Shown: one piece after another, positions 24,467-35,829 of the stretch | Layout: the number at the start of each line of letters is the position of its first letter | Numbering within the stretch: the first letter of the stretch is position 1 | Assembly: GCA_030390025.1 (NCBI GenBank) | Contig: CM059432.1 | Coordinates: 45,014,001 to 45,078,000, forward strand | Reading direction: 5' to 3' | Origin: Squalus acanthias | Lineage: Eukaryota | Length of the DNA stretch: 64,000 nt | The notes under the pieces: generated by a model | What the model was told of the DNA's origin: nothing | Seen by the model: the letters and a program-made list of their open reading frames with translations, nothing else | Databases searched by the model: none | Translations under genes and position numbers: made by a program

Positions 24467-25414
24467 ATGGCAGTAGAGCTCGGACCTGTGTCATGCTCCT
24501 CCTGTAACATGTGGGAAATCAGGGACGCTTCCTGTGTCCCTGACAACCATGTGTGCAGGAAGTGTGTCCAGCCGCAGCTCATGTGGGACCGCATGACGGC
24601 CCTTGAGCTGCGGATGGACTCACTTTGGAGCATCCACGATTCTGAGAGGGTTGTGGATAGCACATTTAGTGAGTTGGTCACACCGCAGGTTAAGGCCAGC
24701 GTAGATAGTACATGGGTGACCAAAAGGCAGAGCAAGGGCAGGAAGGTAGTGCAGAAATCCCCATGGGTTGTCTCCCTTAGCAACAGGTTCACCGCCTTAG
24801 GTGCTGTTGTCGGGGGGGATGACTCATCGGGGGAAGGCACCAGCAGCCAGGCTCATGGCACCATGACTGGCTCTGTTGCAAAGAAGGGAGGGAAAAAGAG
24901 TGGCAGGGCTATAGTAATAGGGGATTCGATTGTAAGGGGAATAGATAGGGGTTTCTGTGGTCGCGACCGAGACTCCAGGATGGTATGTTGCCTCCCTGGT
25001 GCAAGGGTCAAGGATGTCTCGGCGCGGGTGCAGAACATTCTGGAGGGGGAGGGGGAACAGCCAGTTGTCGTGATACATGTTGGTACCAACGACGTAGCTA
25101 AAAAAAGGGAAGAGGTCCTACAAGTAGAATTTAGGGAGTTAGGAGCCAAGCTAAAAAGTAGGACCTCGAAGGTAGTAATCTCTGGATTACTACCAGTGCC
25201 ACGTGCTAGTAAGAGTACAGAGAACAGGATAGTTAGGCTAAATACGTGGCTTGAGCAGTGGTGTAAGAGGGAGGGTTTTAAATTTTTGAGGCATTGGAAC
25301 CAGTTTTGTGGTAGGTGTGACCTATACAAAAGGGACGGTCTACACCTGTGCAAAGATGGAACTGATGTTCTCGGGGTAATTTTTGATAAAGCAGTTCGGG
25401 AGCATTTAAACTAG
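24467..25414 (+). CDS. CR1 ORF1 protein: zinc finger/leucine zipper plus SGNH esterase-like domain
   Basis: CSSC...CRKC; coiled coil; IVIGDSIVRG, PGA, HVGTND and RDGLHL SGNH blocks; 315 aa. Confidence 0.93.
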   Translation: MAVELGPVSCSSCNMWEIRDASCVPDNHVCRKCVQPQLMWDRMTALELRMDSLWSIHDSERVVDSTFSELVTPQVKASVDSTWVTKRQSKGRKVVQKSPWVVSLSNRFTALGAVVGGDDSSGEGTSSQAHGTMTGSVAKKGGKKSGRAIVIGDSIVRGIDRGFCGRDRDSRMVCCLPGARVKDVSARVQNILEGEGEQPVVVIHVGTNDVAKKREEVLQVEFRELGAKLKSRTSKVVISGLLPVPRASKSTENRIVRLNTWLEQWCKREGFKFLRHWNQFCGRCDLYKRDGLHLCKDGTDVLGVIFDKAVREHLN

Positions 25415-28356
25415 TATGGCAGGGGGCTAGAAACCCATGTAGTGAAATAGAGGAAAGTGAAAGGCAGACAGAAATAAATGGTAAAAGGGTGAGGAACAAA
25501 AAACAAAGGGCCAAACTAATTCATAAAAAATGTGAGCATAAAAAAAGCCTGAGGGTTTTATACCTTAATGCGAGAAGCATCAGGAACAAGGTAGATGAAT
25601 TAGCTGTGGAAATAGAGGTTAATAATTATGATCTAATTGGGATTACGGAAACATGGTTGCAGGGTGAGCAGGGCTGGGAGCTTAACATACAGGGGTATTC
25701 AGTATTTAGGAAGGATCGACAAAAAAGAAAGGGAGGAGGGGTAGCATTGCTGGTAAAAGAGGGGATAAATGCAATTGAAAGGAAGGATATTAACTCAGTT
25801 AATACAGAATCTATATGGGTGGAGCTAAGAAATAGCGAGGGGCGAAAAACATTATTAGGAGTGGTATATAGGCCTCCAAATAGTAAAATAGAGGTTGGGG
25901 AGGGCATCACGAGGGAAATTAGAGAAGCGTGCAATAAGAGCACAGCTGTCATCATAGGTGACTTTAACTTACATATAGATTGGGCTAGCCTAATCAGTAA
26001 AAATAATGAGGAGGAGGAATTCCTTGAGTGTTTAAGGGATGGTTATCTGGATCAATATGTCGAGGAACCAACTCGGGAACAGGCTATATTGGACTGGGTA
26101 CTGTGCAATGAGAAGGGACTAATTAGTAATCTTGTTGTACGGGGACCCTTGGGTCAGAGCGATCATAACATGATCGATTTCTCACTCGAAATGGAGAGCG
26201 AAGAAATTGACTCAGAGACTAAGGTCCTGAATTTAAACAAGGGGAATTATGATGCCATTAGACGGGAACTGAGTAGGTCTGATTGGACAACGTTCCTGGG
26301 AGGACTGGAGGTAGATAAACAATGGCAAGCATTTAAAGATAGAATGACAAAATTGCAAAAATTGTTTATACCAATCTGGCATAAAAGGAAATCTAAAAAG
26401 GTGACTCAACCGTGGATAACAGGGGAAATTAGAGACAGCATAAAATCCAAAGATAGGGCGTATAAAATAGCCAAAAAAAGCGCCAGAGCGGAAGATTGGG
26501 AACAGTTTAAGATAGAGCAAAGGAGGACAAAGGGCTTAATCAAGAGGGGCAAAATAGCTTACGAAAGCAAGCTGGCGGAAAATATAAAAACTAACTCCAA
26601 AAGCTTTTATAAGTATATCAAGAGGAAAAGACTGGTGAAAACCAAAGTTGGTCCATTGCAGTCAGATACGGGGGAATATATAACGGGAAATAAGGAAATG
26701 GCAGACCAACTAAATGCATACTTTGGGTCAGTCTTTACGAAGGAAGACACAAAAAACCTCCCTGGGATATCGGGAAAAATAGGGACATTGGCAAAGGAGG
26801 AACTGACGCAAATCAATATCTCTAAGGATATGGTGTTAAGGAAGCTAAAGGGATTGAAGGCGGACAAATCCCCAGGGCCTGATAACATGCATCCTAGGGT
26901 ACTGAAGGAGGTGGCCCTAGAGATAGCGGATGCACTAAGTATGATTTTTCAGAATTCATTAGACTCGGGAACAGTGCCCATGGATTGGAGGGTAGCTAAC
27001 GTTACCCCACTATTCAAAAAGGGGGGTAGGGAAAAAGCAGGTAATTACAGACCTGTAAGCCTTACATCAGTTGTGGGCAAAATGCTGGAGTCCATCATTA
27101 AGGATGAAATAGCGGAGCACTTAGCAAATGGGGACAGGATAGGACAGAGTCAACATGGATTTACAAAGGGTAAATCGTGCTTGACTAATCTATTGGAATT
27201 TTTTGAGGGAGTAACTGGTAAAATAGATGGGGGAGAGCCAGTAGATGTGGTGTACCTGGACTTCCAAAAGGCCTTCGATAAGGTCCCACATAAAAGATTA
27301 GCACGGAAAATTGAAGCTCATGGGATAAAGGGGAAAGTATTGACCTGGATAGAGAACTGGCTGTCAGATAGAAAACAAAGAGTTGGAATAAACGGCTCAT
27401 TTTCTGAATGGCAGGCAGTAACAAGTGGGGTACCACAGGGATCTGTCCTGGGTCCCCAGCTGTTCACAATTTACATTAATGACCTGGATCAGGGAGTCGG
27501 ATGCAGCATTTCCAAATTTGCAGACGACACTAAACTAGGAGGGGGGGTGGGCTCAGAGGAGGAGACCAGGAAGCTCCAGAGCGATTTGGACAGACTGGGT
27601 GATTGGGCGGATAAATGGCAGATGCACTATAATGTGGACAAGTGCGAAGTTATCCACCTTGGGTGCAGGAACGGGAGGGCAAATTATTATTTAAATGGCA
27701 ATAAATTGGGAGAGGGGGAAGTACAGAGAGACCTGGGTGTTCTTGTACACCAGTCACTGAAGGCGAGCATGCAGGTGCAACAGGCGGTCAAGAAGGCAAA
27801 CGGTATGCTGGCCTTCATAGCAAAAGGGTTGGAATACAGGAACAGGGATACCTTGCTGCAGCTGTACAGGGCACTGGTGAGACCACACCTCGAGTACTGT
27901 GTACAGTTTTGGTCGCCTCATCTGAGGAAAGATGTTCTTGCCATGGAGGGGGTGCAGCGGCGATTCACCAGGCTGATACCAGGAATGGCGGGATTGACCT
28001 ATGAGGAGAGACTATGTAGTTTAGGGATGTACACACTGGAGTTTAGAAGATTGAGAGGGGACCTCATAGAAGTGTATAAAATTCTGACAGGTCTAGACAG
28101 ACTAGATGCAGAAGGAATGTTTCCCTTGGCGGGTGAGAACAGAACTAGAGGACATAATTTAAGGATAAGGGCTAAACCATTTAGGACAGAAATGAGGGGG
28201 AATTTCTTCACTCAGAGGGTGGTGAACCTGTGGAACTCATTGCCACAGAGGGCAGTGTACGCCAGCTCATTAAATATATTTAAGAGGGAATTAGATATAT
28301 TTCTACAGGCAAAAGGGGTTAAGGGTTACGGAGAGAAGGCGGGGACGGGATACTGA
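25390..28356 (+). CDS. CR1 ORF2: APE endonuclease plus reverse transcriptase, uninterrupted; frame open from 25390, no AUG before 26170
   Basis: YLNARS, ITETWL, YRPP, GDFN, SDH, QHGF, PQGSVLGP, FADDTKL, LEYCVQFW, WNSLP. Confidence 0.95.
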   Translation, partial: SSSGAFKLVWQGARNPCSEIEESERQTEINGKRVRNKKQRAKLIHKKCEHKKSLRVLYLNARSIRNKVDELAVEIEVNNYDLIGITETWLQGEQGWELNIQGYSVFRKDRQKRKGGGVALLVKEGINAIERKDINSVNTESIWVELRNSEGRKTLLGVVYRPPNSKIEVGEGITREIREACNKSTAVIIGDFNLHIDWASLISKNNEEEEFLECLRDGYLDQYVEEPTREQAILDWVLCNEKGLISNLVVRGPLGQSDHNMIDFSLEMESEEIDSETKVLNLNKGNYDAIRRELSRSDWTTFLGGLEVDKQWQAFKDRMTKLQKLFIPIWHKRKSKKVTQPWITGEIRDSIKSKDRAYKIAKKSARAEDWEQFKIEQRRTKGLIKRGKIAYESKLAENIKTNSKSFYKYIKRKRLVKTKVGPLQSDTGEYITGNKEMADQLNAYFGSVFTKEDTKNLPGISGKIGTLAKEELTQINISKDMVLRKLKGLKADKSPGPDNMHPRVLKEVALEIADALSMIFQNSLDSGTVPMDWRVANVTPLFKKGGREKAGNYRPVSLTSVVGKMLESIIKDEIAEHLANGDRIGQSQHGFTKGKSCLTNLLEFFEGVTGKIDGGEPVDVVYLDFQKAFDKVPHKRLARKIEAHGIKGKVLTWIENWLSDRKQRVGINGSFSEWQAVTSGVPQGSVLGPQLFTIYINDLDQGVGCSISKFADDTKLGGGVGSEEETRKLQSDLDRLGDWADKWQMHYNVDKCEVIHLGCRNGRANYYLNGNKLGEGEVQRDLGVLVHQSLKASMQVQQAVKKANGMLAFIAKGLEYRNRDTLLQLYRALVRPHLEYCVQFWSPHLRKDVLAMEGVQRRFTRLIPGMAGLTYEERLCSLGMYTLEFRRLRGDLIEVYKILTGLDRLDAEGMFPLAGENRTRGHNLRIRAKPFRTEMRGNFFTQRVVNLWNSLPQRAVYASSLNIFKRELDIFLQAKGVKGYGEKAGTGY

Positions 28357-28460
28357 ATTGGAGGATCAGCCATGATCTCATTAAATGGCGGAGCAGGCTC
28401 GAAGGGCCGGATGGCCTACTCCTGCTCCTATCTTCTATGTATCTATGTATCTATGTACAG

Positions 28461-29367
28461 TGCTGTTAGGGAGGGAGTTCCAGGATTTTAATCCAGCAAC
28501 GATGAAGGAACGGCAATATATTTGCAAGTGGTGTGTGACTTAGAGGAGAACTTGCAGGTGATGGTGTTTCCATGTGCCTGCTGCCCTTGTTGTTCTAGGC
28601 AGTAGAGGTCGCAGGCTTGGGAGGTGCTGTTGAAGAAGCGTTGGCGAGTTGCTGCAGTGTATCTTGTAGATGGTACACACTGCAGTCACGGTGCACCGGT
28701 GATGGAGCGAGTGAATGTGTAAGGTGGTGGATGGGGTACCAATCAAGGGGGCTGCTTTGTCCTGAATGGTGTCGAGCTTCTTGAGTGTTGTTGGCATTGC
28801 ACTTATACAGGCAAGTGGACAGTACTCCATCACACTCCTAACTTGTGCCTTGTACAAGGCTTTGGGGAGTCAGGAGGTGAGTCACTCGCCACAGAACACC
28901 CAGCCTCTGACCTGCTCTTGTTGCTACAGTGTTTATGTGGCTGGTCCAGTTAAGTTTCTAGTCAATGGTGACCCCCCCACCTCACCCCAGGATGCTGATG
29001 GTGGAGAATTCGGTGATGGTAATGCCATTGAATGTCAAGGGGTGGTGAATAGACTCTCTCTTAGTGGAGATAGTCATTCCCTGGAACTTGTGTTGCGTGA
29101 ATGTTACCTGCCACTTATCAGCCCAAGCCTGAATGTCGTCCAGGTCTTGCTGCATACAGGCATTATCTGAGAAGTTGTGAATGGAACTGAACACTGTGCA
29201 TTCATCAGCGAACATCACCACTTCTGACCTTATGATGAAGGGAAGGTCATTGAAGAAGCAGCTGAAGATGGTTGGGCCTCAGACCTGATGAATTTCTGCA
29301 GCGATGTCCTGGGGCTGTGATAATTGGCATCCAACAACCACAACCACCTTCCTTTGTGCTAGGTATG
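28461..29367 (-). mobile_element. Host family-B LINE, piece 2 of 4
   Basis: ORFs 28540-28857 and 28982-29221 (FADECTVF). Confidence 0.88.
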
Positions 29368-29418
29368 TGTAAAATTCGCAAATTATCGCGATTCGAAATA
29401 ATGAGAAAAGGAGATACA
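29368..29418 (+). repeat. 51-bp remnant 5' LTR of ERV-B1
   Basis: Identical to the first 51 bp of the LTR at 34162 and joined to the PBS at a TACAG microhomology. Confidence 0.9.
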
Positions 29419-29422
29419 GGAA

Positions 29423-31175
29423 ATGGCGACCACGAAGGGACACTGGCAGCGAGAAAGTAACGTGTTAGACCCTGGTATGAATGGGCGAAATGTTATGGAA
29501 GAGAGAATAGCCGACTATGTATTTGGGAAGGTTAATTTGACCAAGAGATGGATAAGTGACCTGCTGGTTGATAAGCGTCCGCTAGACGCAGCCATCAGGT
29601 GGACAGGCAGCAAAGAACACAAAAAATCGGTAGAAAAAGCGGTCTGGCTGATGTGTTATAAAAGGCAAGTCCAGCTTTCGGACCAGGTCATCGTAGCACA
29701 GGCAGCCCAGATCACGGGTTTGGTGGTGGAGATGGAGGAAAAGGTTGCGGGGGGGGCAGCAGCTCATCGCGTCCTTAAATGCGTTGCATCAGGAACGCCA
29801 GTTAGTCGCCAACCACCATGAGGCTAAAATAGATTACCTCGAGTGCCAAGTCACAGAGGCAAAGTTAAATGAGGGTAGGATCAGGGAACGGTGTGCCCGC
29901 CTAGCTGCCCAAATAAAAGCCCAAGAAGAGAGCTTGAAGGGAGTTAGGGCGGCATATAAGATGGCTCTCGAAGATAAACACGAGGGGGCCGACCACAGCG
30001 TCTGCCAGAGAGAGATAGAGAACCTTAAAGAGGCCCTGAATAAAGCAAATGGCATGGTGTGCCTCATCAGCCCGTCAGCACACCAGCTTCAGGTGGGTGG
30101 GGAATTCCAAAACTCCCTACCAAACAAAGCAGAGGAGGTATTTGCCACTGTGCCCTCCGCGCCACCCAGCTATTCGGCAACCTGGGTAAGGGAGGAAGTG
30201 GTAGAAGTAGAGGAAGAGGTCCCCGAGGTAGAACAGTCCCCAGAGGTAGTGTCGAAGCCGGGACAGTTGTGCCCGGTCACAGGTCACAAGAGGGGCCCGA
30301 ACGGAGCTGGTGGGGAAGAGGGGAATCTCCTGAACCAGCTTGTGTTGCCTCACAGCTCACACCAGCTGAGGGCAATGATCAGTCACGTACGGAAGCTGTC
30401 TGAGTCAGACGACCCTTCCGTACATTTCAGGGAGGTAGAGCAGACCGCAGCAATTAATGGCTGCGACGATAAAGAAAGGGCAAAAATGCTGCTGTTCTCA
30501 CTGGACAGCTCGATCCTACAGTGTCTCTCAGACGCGAGCAAAAAGGGAAATAGGACCTATGGGGAGTTAAGGGATGAGGTCCTAGAAGTGTTGGGGGCGG
30601 ACGACGAAGGTCCGTTCGTTAGATTGGGTCAAACAGTGCAGATGGAGGGAGAACCCCCGAAGGTTTTCGCCGACAGGCTGTGGCCAGTATACCAGCGTAG
30701 CTGCCCAGGCGCGCCAGCGCGTCACCGCATAGACGGTGTCGGTTTAACTCACTGGCTCAGATGCTTAGTAGCCAACAGTTTGCCAGCCGTCAGGGAGCAG
30801 GCCAAAGCGTGGTTTGACCCCACCAACCCCATCACAACCGAGGAGTCGGTCTTAAATCGACTCACGGTAGGGTACCGTAACACAAGGAGCACGGGGGCGC
30901 GTCCCCTTAAGGGAAAGGTGCATGAGGCACGGCCCACAGCCACGGCTCAAAAGGAGTGGCATCAGGAGGGTAATCGCGCCCCGCAGGCCAGTGGTGCTTG
31001 TTACGGGTGCGGGAAGACAGGTCATTGGCGTAAGAACTGCAGGAACCCCTGGAAGGAGTCCAGGGATAAAAATCCCGCAGCCCGTACCCAAGCGCCTGTC
31101 TCTGAAAAAGGAGTTGGTGTGCCTATCCATCCCGATGCGATAGAATCAATGTTGGTAAATAATTTTAAATTGTAA
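29423..31175 (+). pseudogene. gag: ERV-B1 gag (+1 G in the run at 29749-29756; C-terminus cut by the pol deletion)
   Basis: N-terminal coiled coil; PSAPPSY late motif; MHR-like QMEGEPPKVFADRL; knuckle CYGCGKTGHWRKNC. Confidence 0.88.
29424..29441 (+). promoter_or_regulatory. Primer binding site, tRNA-Arg(UCG)
   Basis: TGGCGACCACGAAGGGAC is complementary to the ...GTCCCTTCGTGGTCG-CCA end of vertebrate tRNA-Arg-TCG (recalled sequence). Confidence 0.8.
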
Positions 31176-31342
31176 AAGATAAATGATGGGAGTTTTGGAA
31201 ATAGGTTTAGTTAAAAGTCTATCCAGGAAACATGTCCTTTTACGTGAGGCGAGGTCAAGGGACCCGCTCACCCTTCACAAAAGCCAGAGACTCTTGGGAG
31301 GCTGGCTACATCATTTTATCTGATCACAGGAACCAAGGAAGG

Positions 31343-33694
31343 ATGGAACGGATTCTGGTAGTGCTCGCGGCAATCGGATGTGGACTGGCCTATCGAGGCC
31401 GCACCAAGGATGTCGTGGTGTTTGGATGCTCCGGGGACATGGCCCCCATCGCGACGGATGGGACCGGGAGGCGAGAGGCTGAGGAGACCGCCAGTTATTT
31501 CCACAAGGGAAGGTGGCCAGGATGGCTGGGAACGAATTCAACTGAATACTCCAGTACATCGGGATTTGCCTACAAAGAGACTTCTTTGATGTGCCCCAAA
31601 GTGAGGATCATTGCGCCCAGAATCAACGTCACCGTCGGCAAAAGGATTTGTTTGACTTGTAATGGGAACGTCCCATTGAGCCGATGGTGGTGGCTACGAA
31701 AGCTGAGCTAAAATATGAGGAATTCCTCGGTCGAGTGGGAGCGATTGGGTAACAATACCCATCGGACAATTACGGGGACTAACGGACAATTGAAAGTCTG
31801 TTGGGACAAATGGTGGGAACCGGATGAGGGAATCTATGTATGTATGTGGGGGTCGAAGTCTGTCTGCCCCAAAGGCATATCCATATTTTTCGTAAACCAG
31901 TGGCGGGATAACGGGCAAGGGATGAGGTGGGATGTCAGCACCAGGGGGTGCGGAGCTCCATACTCTCCGATCCCGGTAAACGCCACTGAACTCATCACAC
32001 GCCCACGCAAAGCTCCGCCCACGATTCCGGTGGTTTTGGCTCAGGAGGAAGGGTGCCCTAAAACCACAAAGGGGCCCGGGAATGGTTTGGTACTGGTCCC
32101 AACAGACCAGATACTATTTCAGGGGGTACATTACGCGGTGGCCTCGGTGATTTTAAATCTCACCGAGGTGCGGTTGCCAGAGTGGTGCCCCAAAGAGACG
32201 GAACAATTGTACCAAGTCCTGTTGACAAACATGTTTAGACAATTCTACGAGTTTAATTTTGCGGAGATTGACAAAACAAGCTTGTACACCACACCACATG
32301 AAGTTTTGGGCCAGGTGGGGAGACAAAGAAGGGGTGTTGTGAATGACATGTTCACCGCTTTCAATACAGGGACATCTGTGGTCAACGCTCTAGACAACGT
32401 GGAGCTGCAGACCCAGATTAATGGTTTAAAAACCCAATTAAAGGACATCCTCACAAGTGAAAATAAGGTAGTGGAGTCTGAATTACATGAGGACCAGGCC
32501 ATGACGCTACACTTAAAGGAAATTATAGCAGAGCTGGAGAAACACGCGCGCACAGTAAATGCCCTGATCAGGGAAGATCGGAATGCATCTGATCAAGCTG
32601 CGCAGAACGAGGTGTGCGTACTATATGGGGCGTGGTTACTGGGCGAGGGCCGCAGTAATTTGGAGGATTTAAAACAAGGTTTGGTCCCGTCCTGGATAAA
32701 CAACAAACACCTGCAAGCGCTCCACCCTTTTCAGAACGCATTAAGCCCGTGTCAGCTCAGGCTAGCTTCAGAAGCATACCCAGTCCCCGTGGACTGCAGA
32801 CGATCTAACCATACCATTATGGGCATTGTCTTACGTATGCCGGTTTTGGGCGACACAGCAAAGCCCGCCCCGGTGTATCGGGTAGAGAACATTGGTGTCA
32901 TTCAGGGGGGAGCCCACATTCGCTATGCAACGGTCCCACCTTACGTCATCCGCTGGGAGCAAACGATGACAGGTACAGATCTGTCTGGTTGTCGTGGCCG
33001 GGGAGCACACATAATACTGTGTCCCCAGCACTTGAATGCCTTTCTATCACCACAGTGCGGGTTCAGAACGGCTGGCGCCAAGCCCATGAATTGCACCATG
33101 GAGGCAATGACACAAGATCATGTGCCTCCGCAGGTAGCATACATCGGGGGTGGAACATATTGTGTTACCACTGCAGCGCAACACTACCAGCATGGAAACT
33201 GTAGCCGGTGTCCGGTGAGTGACAGCAGTTTCTGTTTTAAACCCAGGGCTGAAGTTCAAGTGGCACAGCAGCGAATTGTCCCGATCCCTGAACCATCCAC
33301 TGTTCATCTAACAGTAAAGGAGAATTTCACCGACTTGCAGCGATTCGTCGCGCATTTCGGATACATCATTCCCCCTCTCCCTGAACACCTCACCAAGCTT
33401 TTGAAAGCCGTTGTGGTTTCGCAGAAACATTTTTATACCCTAGAGCAAAAGACTGTCGAGATAGGGTCAGAAATTCTAGACATATTAATCCCACCGTGGT
33501 GGGATCTGTTCACCAACATTGAAGTGCCTTCCTGGATTAGAATAGCCTCCCACATTTTAGTTGTATGCCAGGTAATAATTGTAGTGTACCTATTGGTCAT
33601 GCACTGCAAGAGGGGCAAGCGCCTCACCAAGCAGGAGAACACTGGGGAGTGGAGAGAACGTTACGTGCGCGTGCACGAGGAAAGCGCCGCGTAA
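31343..33694 (+). pseudogene. env: ERV-B1 env, class I F-type/foamy-like fusion protein with N-terminal Ig-like domain; one in-frame TAA at 31709
   Basis: Acceptor TTATCTGATCACAG, signal peptide MERILVVLAAIGCGLA, DEGIYVC, furin RQRR, heptad, Cys-rich region, TM IASHILVVCQVIIVVYLLV. Confidence 0.88.
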
Positions 33695-34149
33695 ACGGCC
33701 GGGATGACGCCGCTCCATTTCACCATGTGTGCGAGTTTGTAATTGATTGTGATTTGATATGTAACCAAGTTTGTAACTTTGTATTTTTTAAAAAAGGAGT
33801 TGTTTTGATTATTGTGGACTTTGTATTTTAAAAGGAGTTATTTTGATTTTTGTTAATTTTGTAGTTTTAAATGATTTGTTTGATTATTTTTCCTTTGAAT
33901 AATAAAACATGCTTGTACAGGTGGTGCACGAGGCATCGGCCTGTTGCACCGGGAAGACATGCACGCGGTGTAAGTTCAAAGGCAATACTGCCTACGGTTT
34001 TATATAAATAACGTAATTTTCCCTGGGAAATAAGGACGACATGGAGACCCTAGATAGTTTAAATTAAGGGAGTATTTGGATGTGGAGAATCGAGATTATG
34101 TTGCTCACCACCACTTTTAATTGATACGATAAGCGGAGTTATTCGCATC

Positions 34150-34161
34150 AACAGGAGGGAC
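34150..34161 (+). promoter_or_regulatory. Polypurine tract of ERV-B1
   Basis: AACAGGAGGGAC directly before the TGTA of the 3' LTR. Confidence 0.75.
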
Positions 34162-35825
34162 TGTAAAATTCGCAAATTATCGCGATTCGAAATAATGAGA
34201 AAAGGAGATACAGTTTCGTTCAAGTAGTTTTATTTTCAGCAAAATGCTGTCATGTTTCAAAACGGACACAAGAAGCCTGTAAAATGGTCGCCGCGCCTCG
34301 TGGCAGAAGTTTCTAGATTTTCAGTAGACAGACAAGATGGCGTTCCAATAAACATTTCAGTAAGATCGGATAATACTCAGCAAACATCGGTAAAGGGCAG
34401 GACGCAACCGATTTGCATTCGACACAATAAGCAAGAAATATAAGTGCTGGAATCGGTTTTCCATGCACAAGCGAGGGCTATTGTACTGGGCAATCAGAGG
34501 CCCATCCAAAGACATTGATACGCAAATTCCCCGCGGCTCTACGATGAGAGAGCCATTCGCGGGTACTCACACAAATATTTCGGAGGCCCCCAAAACCCCG
34601 CCAGGGAGGCTCCCAGCCGGTTCCACAATGGGAGACACATTAACGGGTGTTTGGCCAGTTACGAGTATCACCGAAAGCCATTACAAACAAGAATCACCCC
34701 ATACAAGAAGTTTGAGCGCCAAAATATTACAAAAGATGAACATTAAGATTGGGCGGGAGATAAGGAATTACAGTACTATAACTGTAGTGAACAAACGTCC
34801 ATCTTGCTTCTTGACTCTCTTATCCCTGACGACTCTTATCTCTGCTGATTATTGACTCGGGCTGAACTCTTATCCTCTTGCTGTCCACCGAACTCTTGTT
34901 CCGCTGATCCTTTTGGGGTCGACCTCGTGGCTTGCCGCGAAGATCTGTGAAGAGCTGGACTGCGAAGGCCGATAAGCGGGTGCACCATCCCGAAGGTCGG
35001 TAAACGGTGTTTGGACTCGAAGGCCCGACAAAATAAGACAAGAGAAGAAGAAGAAGAAGACGACTACACGTGCCGCCGCGGTCAGTAAGCCCCGACCGCG
35101 CCCGAAAATATATTGACCATTTTGAACTCTATAGGTTACTGCACGAACTGGCCCAAGAAGACTTTTCTTCGAATTCTACCGACAACCGGTGTCGGCACAG
35201 GAAGACTCTTCTTCGAGTTTTATCAGGAGTCCGAGGTCAACACAGATCTTCATGACAGCAGACGTTCTAGCCTGCTAGCCGGAGCAGAGCAAGTAAACAA
35301 GTGGGGTACAGAGACCCCTGGTCAACATGTGGATAGTCAGGTGCTGCGGCGAAAACAGCCGAGTACCGTTGCAGAATTCTCTGAGGTATCATGAGTGGTG
35401 AGCATGTTTCTCGATCCTACAGATCTAGATTAGAGCAGGTATTGATAGGGGAGGGTGGTTTTATTAAGGATAATTATAAAGTGTGTCCCCTTTTACAATG
35501 TGTCGTGCGCTCCTCATTTCCCTAAACCCAGTTTTATAAATGTATGTAAGCTTGTACTGTCATTAATCTGTGCTTATGACATGTATTTCGTAATTTTGAA
35601 CAATATGCAATAAAGATTTCCATTTCGTACTATTCAACCGGGTCTACCTGAGTTTTCTCTGCATTACTGCTCTCGCACCTAAGTCCAGTGTCAGAACTGT
35701 AAGGGCGAGTGGGTCGAACCACTCACAGGTGTTTAGTGCTACAAGGCTGGCTGGAGACCAGAACAGGCAATAAGGCCTAACCCCGCACAAGCACCTAGAA
35801 GCACAGCACGAGCAGACCCCTTACA
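34162..35825 (+). repeat. ERV-B1 3' LTR (1664 bp)
   Basis: TGTAA...TTACA; colinear with 36456-38130; ATTGG/GGGCGG and TATAAC near 34750-34780; AATAAA near 35609. Confidence 0.93.
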
Positions 35826-35829
35826 TATG

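Larger units (their letters stand above)
22843..28457 (+). mobile_element. Full-length CR1 LINE with intact ORF1 and ORF2
   Basis: Tandem-monomer 5' UTR, ORF1, ORF2, 3' hairpin and (CTATGTAT)n tail; possible TACAG target duplication (22841-22845 / 28456-28460). Confidence 0.95.
29368..35825 (+). mobile_element. ERV-B1: pol-less gag-env provirus with internally deleted 5' LTR; TSD TATG
   Basis: TG...CA ends; TATG at 29364-29367 and 35826-35829; PBS, gag, env, PPT and full 3' LTR. Confidence 0.93.

Noticed and set aside
29368..29423. 5' LTR deletion explained by splicing
   Set aside because: A GT-AG splice would give ATACAGAAATGG, but the sequence has ATACAGGAAATGG, which fits TACAG microhomology.
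31232..31342. MSFYVRRG N-terminal extension of env (also at 44617)
   Set aside because: It lies upstream of a splice acceptor and the signal-peptide Met, so it is probably not translated, though it is open in both copies.
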